DNA from: Myxococcota bacterium
GTDB taxonomy: Bacteria; Myxococcota_A; UBA796; SXON01
DNA length: 15,827 nt
Direction: 5' to 3'
NCBI GenBank assembly: GCA_040386535.1
Contig: JAZKFH010000066.1
Location: 1-15,827, forward strand
Part shown: positions 7,457 to 15,591 of the stretch, one piece after another
Layout of the letters: the number at the start of each line of letters is the position of its first letter
How positions within the stretch are numbered: the stretch's first letter is position 1
The notes under the pieces: model-generated
Database searches by the model: none
What the model was told of the DNA's origin: nothing
Seen by the model: the letters and a program-made list of their open reading frames with translations, nothing else
Translations under genes and position numbers: made by a program

Positions 7457-8104
7457 ATGCGACCCACCGCCGCTCGTGTAGCACTTCGCCCTTGGTGGTC
7501 GATCCTGTTCGGTTCGATTTCGGTATCGCTGACCGTCCAGGCGATGAGAGAACACGCCTTGCACATCTTGCCCGCGGTCTGCGCCGAGTTCGACCTCGCG
7601 TCATCGGTCGACGTGAGCCCGCGCGAGTACGCAGTGCTCGAAGAGTTGCTCGCAACACCGCCAGCGTCACCCGAGCTGGTCGCGGTCGTGGCCTTGCCGC
7701 TCACGGTCGCGAGCCCTGATTGGGAGCGCTTTGTAGAGGACGTGCCCGCTCTATCTACGTACGGGCTGGAGCTACAGTGTCGCACCGCCGCTCTCGGACT
7801 ACACGAGGCAACATTCAGGCACGGGACCTGGCTTGGATCCCACGGAAGGCTGTCTCCTGCGGGCACCCCGATGAGCCAGGCAGCGCAAGCCATCGGGGCC
7901 TGCTATCCGGGCACCCTTTGCGAGGGCCCCACGGCCGATGCGATCGCGTTCTCACGACCCGCCATCTCCCACGACGGGAGCTACGCCTTGGTCTACCGGG
8001 TCTACGACTGCGGGGTGCTCTGCGCCTCGGGCACCTGGATACTCCTCCGCAACCACAACGGTCGCTGGGAATTCGTCCACTCGTGGACCGAGTGGATGTC
8101 GTGA
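7457..8104 (+). CDS. Hypothetical, probably exported protein, ~215 aa, with C-terminal CxxLC motif
   Basis: N-terminal hydrophobic stretch. C-terminus FSRPAISHDGSYALVY...CGVLCASGTWILLRNHNGRW...WMS resembles, from memory, a recurrent uncharacterised bacterial family. Lower GC than flanks. Start GTG 7454 or ATG 7457. Confidence 0.7.
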   Translation: MRPTAARVALRPWWSILFGSISVSLTVQAMREHALHILPAVCAEFDLASSVDVSPREYAVLEELLATPPASPELVAVVALPLTVASPDWERFVEDVPALSTYGLELQCRTAALGLHEATFRHGTWLGSHGRLSPAGTPMSQAAQAIGACYPGTLCEGPTADAIAFSRPAISHDGSYALVYRVYDCGVLCASGTWILLRNHNGRWEFVHSWTEWMS

Positions 8105-8417
8105 GGACAGCGCCATCCCGCAGTGCGGCGTCCCCACTATCTCCCAGCGACGGGGGAAGCCGACCCGCGCAGTTCCAAGGGGGAGCACCGATGACCCAAG
8201 GTTCACACGGATCAGGTGCAGGAGAGGCAGCCGCCGCCAATGTCAATTACAGGACACCATGCTCCCGAAGATCCCCGACGGATGGCGCCGTCGCCTGGCG
8301 CTGCGCTCGTTCCTCGTGGTGGGGGGTAGGGCCCTCGTTCGAGTGAGCTGCGACCTCGCGCAGAGCGCGTACGGTGGCGAGTTCAGGAGCGAGTTCGAGT
8401 GTTGGGGAGTTCAAACC

Positions 8418-8774
8418 GTGGACGGGGAGCACGACCTCTTCAACGAGCTTCGAGAGGCGCTCGCCACCCTCCCGTTGGATACGCTCCGGGCCGTCGTCGC
8501 GGCCGCGCCCCTGGCCTTCGCCGAAGTCCTGGCCATTGAGTACGGGTTCATCCGGATCTCCGTGGTCGGCCCTGGCAGGTTGGTGGAGACGGTGCTCCGC
8601 GAGTCGGGACACGCCGACTGCATCAGCAGTCCTCTTTTCCGGGACGACGTGGTCTCGTTCCAGTGCTACCAACCGGGGGACTCCCCTGGAGCGCCGGGAG
8701 CCCTGTGGTCGCTTCGCGCCAGGGTCGACGGCACCCTCCTCTCGAAGGAGCTTGTACTCACCGTCCCCGCGTAG
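8418..8774 (+). CDS. Hypothetical protein, 118 aa (171 aa if started at ATG 8259)
   Basis: 3' part of ORF 7938..8774 has protein-like composition. GGGGAG lies 8 nt before GTG 8418. No family recognised. Confidence 0.5.
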   Translation: MDGEHDLFNELREALATLPLDTLRAVVAAAPLAFAEVLAIEYGFIRISVVGPGRLVETVLRESGHADCISSPLFRDDVVSFQCYQPGDSPGAPGALWSLRARVDGTLLSKELVLTVPA

Positions 8775-8829
8775 TCGGCACCGTGGGCCCCCTCGGTACG
8801 GCCACCGCGGGGAGACGCCGATGCCGCTT

Positions 8830-8982
8830 CCGTTCGAGGTCGGGGGATGAGCACGCATCCCCCGACCTTGGACGCTATCTCCGTCCAAGGTCGGGGGATG
8901 AGCGCGTACCCTCTCACTTCGGACGGTATGTACGTCCGAAGTGTAGGGGTGAGCTTGCATCCTCCCACTTCGGCCGGTCGAG
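8830..8982. repeat. Three 51-bp tandem units of alternating inverted arms (REPIN/BIME-like)
   Basis: Units start at 8830, 8881 and 8932. 8856-8874 pairs perfectly (19 bp) with 8882-8900, and 8915-8925 pairs with 8933-8943 using changed but complementary bases. Confidence 0.85.
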
Positions 8983-8992
8983 CGGTCCGATC

Positions 8993-9063
8993 GGGGTGTC
9001 GGGAGGCAGGGGTGTCGGAAAGGCAGGAGCGTCGGGACGCAAGGGCGTCGAGAGGCAGGGGTG
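8993..9063. repeat. Degenerate 16-17 bp tandem repeat (GGGGTGTCGGGAGGCA), ~4.3 copies
   Basis: Units at 8993, 9009, 9026, 9042 and a partial unit at 9058. Confidence 0.7.
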
Positions 9064-9215
9064 AAGCGACGCAGACGCGGCGATATGGGACCGCGGCGGT
9101 CGCCGTGCGCCCCTTCGCGGCGTGGGGCGTAGGATGTGGCGGGGTGTGGCAACGCGAGGGTGGCGAACGCATGTCGCCTGGTGCCACACTCGTGGGTGCG
9201 AATAGCACAACCACC

Positions 9216-9340
9216 CGCGCCAGGGCACCGGAGGGCGGCCGGCTCTGCCGGTCGGTCCGGCCGGCCCGGCCGGCCGACCAAGCCGGAACGGCGCGCCCGC
9301 AGGGGCCCGACCCGCCCGGCTCGGCGGGCGGGGGGCGCCC
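9216..9340 (+). repeat. Copy B of the two-hairpin dispersed element
   Basis: Colinear with 1498-1654 (copy A has a ~35 nt longer loop in stem 2). Ends ~60 nt upstream of the predicted permease start. Confidence 0.65.
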
Positions 9341-9401
9341 AGGCTTGCCTGAACCCCCGCCTCCCGCCCAGCCGGATACGTCCCCGCACCCCCGGAGCCC
9401 C

Positions 9402-10652
9402 GTGCCCCCGCCCGTCGCCGCCCGCCTCGCGTACGTGGTCGCCCGTGAGGTCGGCGGGGCGCTCACCGCGCGCGTGATGCCAGCGTGGGTGGGGCTGCTG
9501 TTCGTGGTCGTCCAGTTCTGGACCGTGATCCCCTGGGACCACGTGCGGGACACGATCGTAGGGCTGCCGCCCGTCGGGAGCGCCGCGTTGGGAACGGGCC
9601 TCGTGGGGGCGTGGGCGATCGGAGAGGGCCCCACGTTGCGAGCCCTCCTCGTCGAGCGGCCGGCGCTGCGCCCATGGTGGCGGAGCGGGCTCCACGACGC
9701 CGTGCGCACCGCGGCGATCGCGCCGATCCTCGTGGTGTCCGCGCTCCCATGGGTCGCGACGGCGGTGTTCTGGCCCGCGCCGCTCGCGACGGCGGCGTGG
9801 CGCGCGGGAGCCGCCGTGCTGCTCGGGACCGTGGCGATGGGGCCGGCGCGGCTGCTCCGCGTGCCCGCGGTGGCGGCTCTGCTCGCGCTGGCGGAAACCA
9901 GCATCCGCACGCTCGGCGTCGAGGCCCTCCTCCCGGTGCTCGCCGCCGCGCTCGTGACCACGGCGGGCCCGCTCCACACGCGATGGACTCGCGGCATGCC
10001 CGGCGCCGCCCTCCCGCGCGCGCCGTTCATCGTGTGGCGGCCGCGCTCGCCCCTCGGCGCGCTGGTGTGGCGCGACGTGACCTGCCTCGCGCGCACCGCG
10101 CCCGACGTGCTGCGCGGGGCGTGCCTCGTGGCGCTGCCGGTCGCGGGGCTGCTCACGGCGCTGCGGGTGCGCGGCGGGCTCGACGGCGCCGCGCTCGCCG
10201 TCGCGATGGGCGTCGGGGCGTGCGTGTGCGCCCCGCTGGGAGGCGTCGCGCTCGCGCAGGTGCGGGTGGGCCTCGGGGCGGGGTTCCACGTGCGGCGGTG
10301 GCCGGCATCGGCGGGCATGCGGGTCGCGTCATTGGTGCTGGTCGCGGCGGGGACGTTCCTGCCGACGGGCGGCGCGTTGGCAGCCACCTCGCTGGTGTCG
10401 CGCACGACAGGCGCGGGCGCGCCGTGGACCGGGCTGGGCACCGCAACCGTGGCCGTCGGCGTGTGTGCGGCGGGGGCGGCGCTGGTGGCGGTGTGGCGGC
10501 CGGGGCGCCCGTTCAACCTGGGGCTGCACCTCGGCTGGGTGCTCGGGGCGCTGCTGCTCGTGGTCTGGGACACGCCCGCGTCCGTGGCCGTTCAGCTCGC
10601 CGCCGGCGCAAGCGCATGTATGCTCGCTGCCTGGAGGCTCGCCCGCGGATGA
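9402..10652 (+). CDS. Polytopic membrane protein, probable ABC transporter permease, ~416 aa
   Basis: About ten hydrophobic Ala/Leu/Val/Gly segments, internal ALVWRDVTCLAR motif typical of ABC-2-like exporter permeases, ATGA overlap with the ABC ATPase. GTG 9402 preceded by GGAG; start uncertain. Confidence 0.7.
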   Translation: MPPPVAARLAYVVAREVGGALTARVMPAWVGLLFVVVQFWTVIPWDHVRDTIVGLPPVGSAALGTGLVGAWAIGEGPTLRALLVERPALRPWWRSGLHDAVRTAAIAPILVVSALPWVATAVFWPAPLATAAWRAGAAVLLGTVAMGPARLLRVPAVAALLALAETSIRTLGVEALLPVLAAALVTTAGPLHTRWTRGMPGAALPRAPFIVWRPRSPLGALVWRDVTCLARTAPDVLRGACLVALPVAGLLTALRVRGGLDGAALAVAMGVGACVCAPLGGVALAQVRVGLGAGFHVRRWPASAGMRVASLVLVAAGTFLPTGGALAATSLVSRTTGAGAPWTGLGTATVAVGVCAAGAALVAVWRPGRPFNLGLHLGWVLGALLLVVWDTPASVAVQLAAGASACMLAAWRLARG

Positions 10653-11245
10653 CCCTGACCCTCCACCAGCTCGTGTTGCGCCTCCCCAACGGCACCGTCG
10701 GCCCCCTCGACGCGCGTTGGGGCCCCGGCGTCGTGCTCCTCCGCGGCCCGAACGGCTGCGGCAAGACGACGTTGCTGCGCGTAGCGTGTGGCGAGCGCGC
10801 CCCGGACGGGGGCACCGTGTACATCGACGGTCGCGACCCTGCGCGGGACGCCGAGGTGCGCGCGCACGTGTCCTTCCTGCCCGCGGTCCCCGAGCTCTCC
10901 GGCTTCCTCCAGGTGGACGAGGCGTGGCGGATGATGGCCGCGCTCCGCGGGCGCCCCGGCTGGGACGGCGCCCCCGCCCGCGACGCGTTGGGCCTGCCCG
11001 GCGGCCGCCGGCTCGACGCGCTCTCGGTCGGGCAACGTCGGAAAGCCGAGCTGCTCGCCGCCATGGCCGGCGACCCCGCGGTGCTGCTGCTCGACGAGGT
11101 GTTCGCGCCGCTCGATCCCGACGCCACCGCGGTCGTGGCGGCGTGGATCGCGGCGTGGCGGGTCACGCGGCTGGTCGTCGTGACGGGGCACGGCGCGGTG
11201 CCTGTCGAGCCCGATGTCGTCGTGACGCTGGGAGTTTCGCGGTGA
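10649..11245 (+). CDS. ABC transporter ATP-binding protein, 198 aa
   Basis: Walker A GPNGCGKTT, signature LSVGQ, Walker B/D-loop LLLDEVFAPLD, H-loop VTGH. This is the 3' part of ORF 9485..11245. Confidence 0.9.
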   Translation: MTLTLHQLVLRLPNGTVGPLDARWGPGVVLLRGPNGCGKTTLLRVACGERAPDGGTVYIDGRDPARDAEVRAHVSFLPAVPELSGFLQVDEAWRMMAALRGRPGWDGAPARDALGLPGGRRLDALSVGQRRKAELLAAMAGDPAVLLLDEVFAPLDPDATAVVAAWIAAWRVTRLVVVTGHGAVPVEPDVVVTLGVSR

Positions 11246-11284
11246 GTCGCCGCGCCGGTGCTACCCTGCGGCACCGGAGCGCCG

Positions 11285-12217
11285 ATGTCCCCTTCCTCCC
11301 TGCTGTCCTGGCGCAACTTCGACGCGCTGCTGCGCGGGAGGATGCCCACGGAGGACCGTGTCGCCCTCCTGGCGAGTTGGCTCGCGTGGCAGGTCGTCTG
11401 TGCGTCGTTGTTCGGCGCGTCCCTTGGCGTGTACGCCACGTTGAGCCGGTATCCGGCCGACCCGCGTTTCATGGCCGCGAGCCTGGTGAAGATGCCGCTC
11501 CTGCTGCTGCTCACCTCCGCGGTGACCGTCCCCTCCCTCTACGTGTTCGGCGCGCTCCGGGGCCTGCGGTTCAGCGCGCGCGAGTTCGCGGCGATGTTGA
11601 TGGTGGCCCACACCATCCTCGCGGCCGTGCTGGGCTCGCTCGCGCCGGTGGTCGCGTTCTTCGCGCTCACGACGACATCGTACTCCTTCATGGTGCTCCT
11701 CACCGTGTTCGCGTGCGGGATCGCCGGCCTGCTGGGCATCCGGGTGTTCGTGCGCGCGCTGAACGAGCCGGCACCCCTCCCCAAGCTCGCGCCGCTGGTC
11801 GTGACGGACGTGACCGAGCTTCTCCAGGACGAGCCCGGTACCGCGATCGACGTGGTTCCGTTCGCCGGGAGCACCGGGGACCCGACGACCGCGCTGTCGC
11901 CGGCCGATCGCCAACCCGACCCGTGGATGGCGTCCTTCGAGCCACTCTCGTCGCAACCGGAAGCCCCCCCGCAGACACCCGCGCCCGCGCCGAAGAGCAC
12001 GTTCGTCCCCCAGCGGCCGCCCGCCGTCAACCAGGGCGTATGGCGCCTCCTCGGCTGGTGGGTGCTGCTCTACGTGTTCGTGGGCGTGCAGTCGGGCTGG
12101 ATCCTCCGCCCGTTCATCGGGCACCCCGACAAGCCCTTCGTCCTTTTCCGTGGCAAGAGCGGCGGGTTCATCGAGGGGGTGCTCCACCACCTCTGGAACG
12201 CCTTGTTCGGCGAATGA
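11285..12217 (+). CDS. Conserved membrane protein with WxLRPFxG motif, paralog 1, 310 aa
   Basis: Multiple TM segments, VKMPLLLLLT..VTVPSLYVF, LAPVVAFF, WVLLYVFVGVQSGWILRPFIGHP. Acidic/Pro-rich insert before the last TM. Confidence 0.85.
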   Translation: MSPSSLLSWRNFDALLRGRMPTEDRVALLASWLAWQVVCASLFGASLGVYATLSRYPADPRFMAASLVKMPLLLLLTSAVTVPSLYVFGALRGLRFSAREFAAMLMVAHTILAAVLGSLAPVVAFFALTTTSYSFMVLLTVFACGIAGLLGIRVFVRALNEPAPLPKLAPLVVTDVTELLQDEPGTAIDVVPFAGSTGDPTTALSPADRQPDPWMASFEPLSSQPEAPPQTPAPAPKSTFVPQRPPAVNQGVWRLLGWWVLLYVFVGVQSGWILRPFIGHPDKPFVLFRGKSGGFIEGVLHHLWNALFGE

Positions 12218-12927
12218 CCGCGCCCGCCCCGCTCCATCGCACCCGCTTGGATCGTGCGGTCGTCGGCGCGACCGTCGCGTTCCTCGCCCGGAATGGCGTG
12301 CGGGGTTTGGAGTGGGACACGCTCCCGCGGTGGGCCGCGCCGGTGGTGATCGTGTCCTCCAGCGCGCTCTACGGCGCGGTGATGGCAAGTTACAACGGTT
12401 TTGCGGGTGACCGCCCGGTGATGGTGGCGTACGGCGCGGTGAAGGTCCCGCTGCTCTTCGTCGCCACGATGTTGCTCGCGGTACCCTCGTTCTACGTCAT
12501 CAACCTGCTGCTCGGCGTGGGCGACCACTTCCGCCGCGTGTGGCAGGCCCTGGTCGACTTCCAACTCGCGGTGTCCCTCCAGCTCGCCGCGCTCGTCCCC
12601 ATCACCCTCTTCCTCAACCTCACCAACAGCGACTACCGCACCGCCCAGGCCTGGAGCACGCTCCTGTTCGCGGGCGCCACCTGGAACGCGCGCCGCGTGC
12701 TGGCGCGCACCTACGCACCGCTGGTGGCCGAGAACCCCGTCCATCGCCCGCTCCTGCGGCTCTGGTTCGTGCTCTACGCGTTCGTCGGCATCCAGATGGG
12801 GTGGGATCTGCGCCCGTTCGTGGGGAGCCCGGACATGGCGGTGCAGTTCTTCCGGGATGACATCGGCAACGCCTACCTCGAGATCTTCCGGGTGCTGGTC
12901 GAGGCCGTGCGCAACGCGACGTCCTGA
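12214..12927 (+). CDS. Conserved membrane protein with WxLRPFxG motif, paralog 2, 237 aa
   Basis: ATGA overlap with paralog 1. VKVPLLFVAT..LAVPSFYVI, LVPITLFL, WFVLYAFVGIQMGWDLRPFVGSP. This is the 3' part of ORF 10465..12927. Confidence 0.85.
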   Translation: MTAPAPLHRTRLDRAVVGATVAFLARNGVRGLEWDTLPRWAAPVVIVSSSALYGAVMASYNGFAGDRPVMVAYGAVKVPLLFVATMLLAVPSFYVINLLLGVGDHFRRVWQALVDFQLAVSLQLAALVPITLFLNLTNSDYRTAQAWSTLLFAGATWNARRVLARTYAPLVAENPVHRPLLRLWFVLYAFVGIQMGWDLRPFVGSPDMAVQFFRDDIGNAYLEIFRVLVEAVRNATS

Positions 12928-13011
12928 CATTCACGGCAGCATCCCCGGGGGCGCGGTCGGCGCCGCCTCGGCGACGGGCACCGCGCCCCACGTTGGTCGC
13001 CCACACACCCC

Positions 13012-14730
13012 TCACTCCCGCATCACCCCCGCCGCGAACCGCGCCACGACGCCCTCCTGGGGGCGTTCGGCCACCACCCAGGTCGCGTTGCCGAGGCGGA
13101 ACACGTCTACCAGGCGGGGCGCTTCGGGCCAACATCCGGCGCCGAGCCGCGGGGAGAGGATGCACGCGGAGCTGTCCTCCGCGTCGGGCGGGCACAGTTG
13201 GAACGAGGGGGTCTCGCCGATGCCCAGCGCGCACGGCGACGGGAACGTGTCGAAGCGCCACGTCTCCTTGCCGATCCGCACGGAGGGGCCGTCCTGGCAC
13301 CACGCAACCCGCCCGGGGCGGAGGCTCGGATCGAGGTTCTCGGCGCGCATGTCCGCAGGGGTCACGGCCGCGCGGGCGTAATCCTCCCACGCCCGGCGGA
13401 CCGCGGACGGCGGCGCCGCTCGCTCCCGCAGCGCCACCTCGTAGCCGGCATGGTACGTCAGGAGCTCGCCGCGCCCGTCGCTCTGCCGGCCGAGCAGCAG
13501 CGCTACCCGACTTCCGTCCTCCGTGCCGCCCACGAATCCAAATCGGGAGGTGGTGTCCGGGACCGGTGCTTCGGTGTCCGTGTAGGTGGGCAGGCACGAG
13601 GTGACCGGCGCGGGCACGGGCGGCGGCGGCGCGCTGGAGGACGCGAGGAGGAAGGCTCCCAACGTCCAGGCCAGGAACCCGAGCAACGACACACCCCCGG
13701 CCGCGAGGGCGAGGTTCGGCGCAAGCAGGCCCATGCGGCTCTGCGGGACGGGAGGTGCGAAGGGAGGAATGGCAAATGGATCGGTGGGGCGCGTGGTGGT
13801 CGTGGTGGGGGGGCTTTGGGTTGGTGCGGTTGGTTCCGGCGTCGCGGCCGTCTTTGGCATCGCGCGGAGCCGCCGCACCTCTTCCAGCACCACCCCCGCG
13901 CTCCGCGGCCGCCGGTCCATCTCCCGGTCGAGGAGACGGTCGAGCAACGCGGACAGGCCGGGCGACACCTCGACGTGGGCCTTCCACCGCACGTGGCCCG
14001 TCGTGTCGACCAACGTGTTCGGCTCGCGCCGGGTGAGCAGGGCGATGGCCAGGGCGCCGAGGCCGTAGAGGTCGGACGCCGCGGTCGCGTCGCCGCGGAA
14101 CTGCTCGGGCGCCATGTAGCCGAAGGTGCCGGCGACGGTGCTCCCACCCAATTCGGAGTCGACCAGCGCGTCCCGCACGGCGCCGAAATCGAGCAGCACG
14201 AGCTGGCCGTCGGCGCGCCGCATGACGTTGCGGGGTTTCAGGTCGCGGTGGATGACAGGCGGGGACAGGCCGTGCAAATACACCAGGATTGGGAGGAGGC
14301 CGAGGAGCACGTCGAGCACCGCGCCCTCGTCGTAGCGCCGCCCCTCCATCTCCCGCGCGAGGTCCATCCCCTCGACGAGCTCCTCCACGAGGAAGATCGT
14401 GGCATGTTTGCCGCGCCCGGCCACGAAGTCCTCGATGTGGCGCGGGATGTTCGGGTGCGCGAGCTGCCGGAGCACCCGCGCCTCGCGTTGGAACAACGCA
14501 CGCGCCTTGGCCGAATCCGCGCCCCGCAGCGGCATCTCCTTGACGGCCACCACGGCGCCGTCCTCCACCCGGATCGCGCGGAACGTGGTGCCGGAGCGCC
14601 CCTGCCCCAACGTCCCGACGAGGCGAAAGCGCCCCACGAGCAGCGGGGACGCGCCGCACGACGAGCAGGGGTCCTCCCGCGTCGGGTCGCCACACGCCGC
14701 GCACAAGGATGGGCCGGGGTCGAGTGGCAT
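13012..14730 (-). CDS. Membrane-anchored Hanks-type Ser/Thr protein kinase with N-terminal Zn-ribbon, ~572 aa
   Basis: CAAC...CSSC, LGQGRSG, VAVKEM, HRDLKPRN, DFG, GTFGYMAPE, SDLYGLG, then a Pro/Thr linker, one TM helix and a Cys-containing C-terminal domain. AAGGAG before ATG 14730 (alternative start ATG 14748). Confidence 0.93.
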   Translation of the reverse strand: MPLDPGPSLCAACGDPTREDPCSSCGASPLLVGRFRLVGTLGQGRSGTTFRAIRVEDGAVVAVKEMPLRGADSAKARALFQREARVLRQLAHPNIPRHIEDFVAGRGKHATIFLVEELVEGMDLAREMEGRRYDEGAVLDVLLGLLPILVYLHGLSPPVIHRDLKPRNVMRRADGQLVLLDFGAVRDALVDSELGGSTVAGTFGYMAPEQFRGDATAASDLYGLGALAIALLTRREPNTLVDTTGHVRWKAHVEVSPGLSALLDRLLDREMDRRPRSAGVVLEEVRRLRAMPKTAATPEPTAPTQSPPTTTTTRPTDPFAIPPFAPPVPQSRMGLLAPNLALAAGGVSLLGFLAWTLGAFLLASSSAPPPPVPAPVTSCLPTYTDTEAPVPDTTSRFGFVGGTEDGSRVALLLGRQSDGRGELLTYHAGYEVALRERAAPPSAVRRAWEDYARAAVTPADMRAENLDPSLRPGRVAWCQDGPSVRIGKETWRFDTFPSPCALGIGETPSFQLCPPDAEDSSACILSPRLGAGCWPEAPRLVDVFRLGNATWVVAERPQEGVVARFAAGVMRE

Positions 14731-15089
14731 GGGCTCCTTCGCGGGCATCGTACACGGTCGGGGGGGCGCGGGTCGGGCACCTGGAACGGGATGCGCGAGG
14801 AGGGCGCGTGCCGTGCCACGTCGAGCGATCCTTGTTGGCCCCGGCGCGCGAGGTGGGATTCGCCAGCTGGGCGCCGTCGCCCTACCAGTTGCAGACGCGA
14901 CAGATTGCGAGTGGGGCTGACGATCGAGAGGAAGCCGCAAATGGGGCACGGAAGCATCCAGGGTCGTCACCCCCCGATCGGCGAGCGGGCGAACCGCGAT
15001 CGACGGGGGTGGATTGCGACGAGCCCGGCCGAGAGGCCGAGGGGCGATCGGTCTCCGTCATCGGCACGCCTCAGCCGCCAAGGAGGACG

Positions 15090-15265
15090 GTGGCGGCCAT
15101 CCGGGCACCCCCTTCCGGCAAAGGTGGCCCGACCTTGGCCGCGTGGCGGCCATCCCGGCACCCCCTTTGGGCAAAGGTGGCCCGATCTTGGCCACGTGGC
15201 GGCGATCCCGGCACCCCCTTTCGGCAAAGGTGGCCCGACCTTGGCCACGTGGCGGCTATCCGGGC
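15090..15265. repeat. 53-bp tandem repeat, 3.3 copies
   Basis: Units at 15090, 15143, 15196 and partial 15249, consensus GTGGCGGCCATCCCGGCACCCCCTTTCGGCAAAGGTGGCCCGACCTTGGCCAC. No spacers. Confidence 0.92.
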
Positions 15266-15296
15266 CGGTGGGCCGCGGGTGGAGCGGCCATGTCCT

Positions 15297-15528
15297 GGTC
15301 ATGTACCCACGACTGCACGCGGCACGGAGTCATGCCGGGTTGAATGCTAGGATCCGGGCTGAAAGCGCGCGTCCCAGCGCGAAAAACGCCGTTTGCTCCG
15401 TAGCGGGCGCGCGGAGCGAGCCTCGAATTGGGCGTTCATGGGGGCATGACTCCGATTTAGCGGCGTTGAGGAGGGCATGACCCCGGACCGCCCTCGTACC
15501 CGAGGGCTGATGGAAATGGAGAGGCATC
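15297..15528 (-). repeat. Copy 2 (inverted) of the 31-bp-phased GTCATG-N6-TGAAYGC element
   Basis: Reverse complement of 426-682. GGTCATG at 15297 to CATGACC ending 15482 gives a 186-bp core, versus 207 bp in copy 1. Confidence 0.85.
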
Positions 15529-15591
15529 GGCGCCTCATCCGGCGAGCTCGGCGCGCCCACTTCGCGGCCGAACCCGGGGCGAGGTCGTCGC

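Noticed and set aside
8847..9401. N-terminal extension of the permease ORF, including 17-aa repeats
   Set aside because: It is a translation of the 51-bp palindromic and other intergenic repeats, and stop codons are rare at this GC.
9402..11245. ccmA/ccmB heme exporter
   Set aside because: The ATPase length is similar, but the permease is about twice CcmB size and no ccmC/E/F genes are adjacent.
10465..12213. 820-aa ORF 10465..12927 as a single protein
   Set aside because: The first ~580 codons are an Arg/Pro-rich off-frame read-through of the ATPase and paralog 1. Only the part from ATG 12214 is protein-like.
15090..15265. CRISPR array
   Set aside because: Units are contiguous 53-mers with no unique spacers, and there are no cas genes in the window.
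426..15528. Autonomous transposon, ICE or prophage
   Set aside because: No transposase, integrase, relaxase or phage gene, no target-site duplication seen, and the cargo resembles ordinary chromosomal genes.
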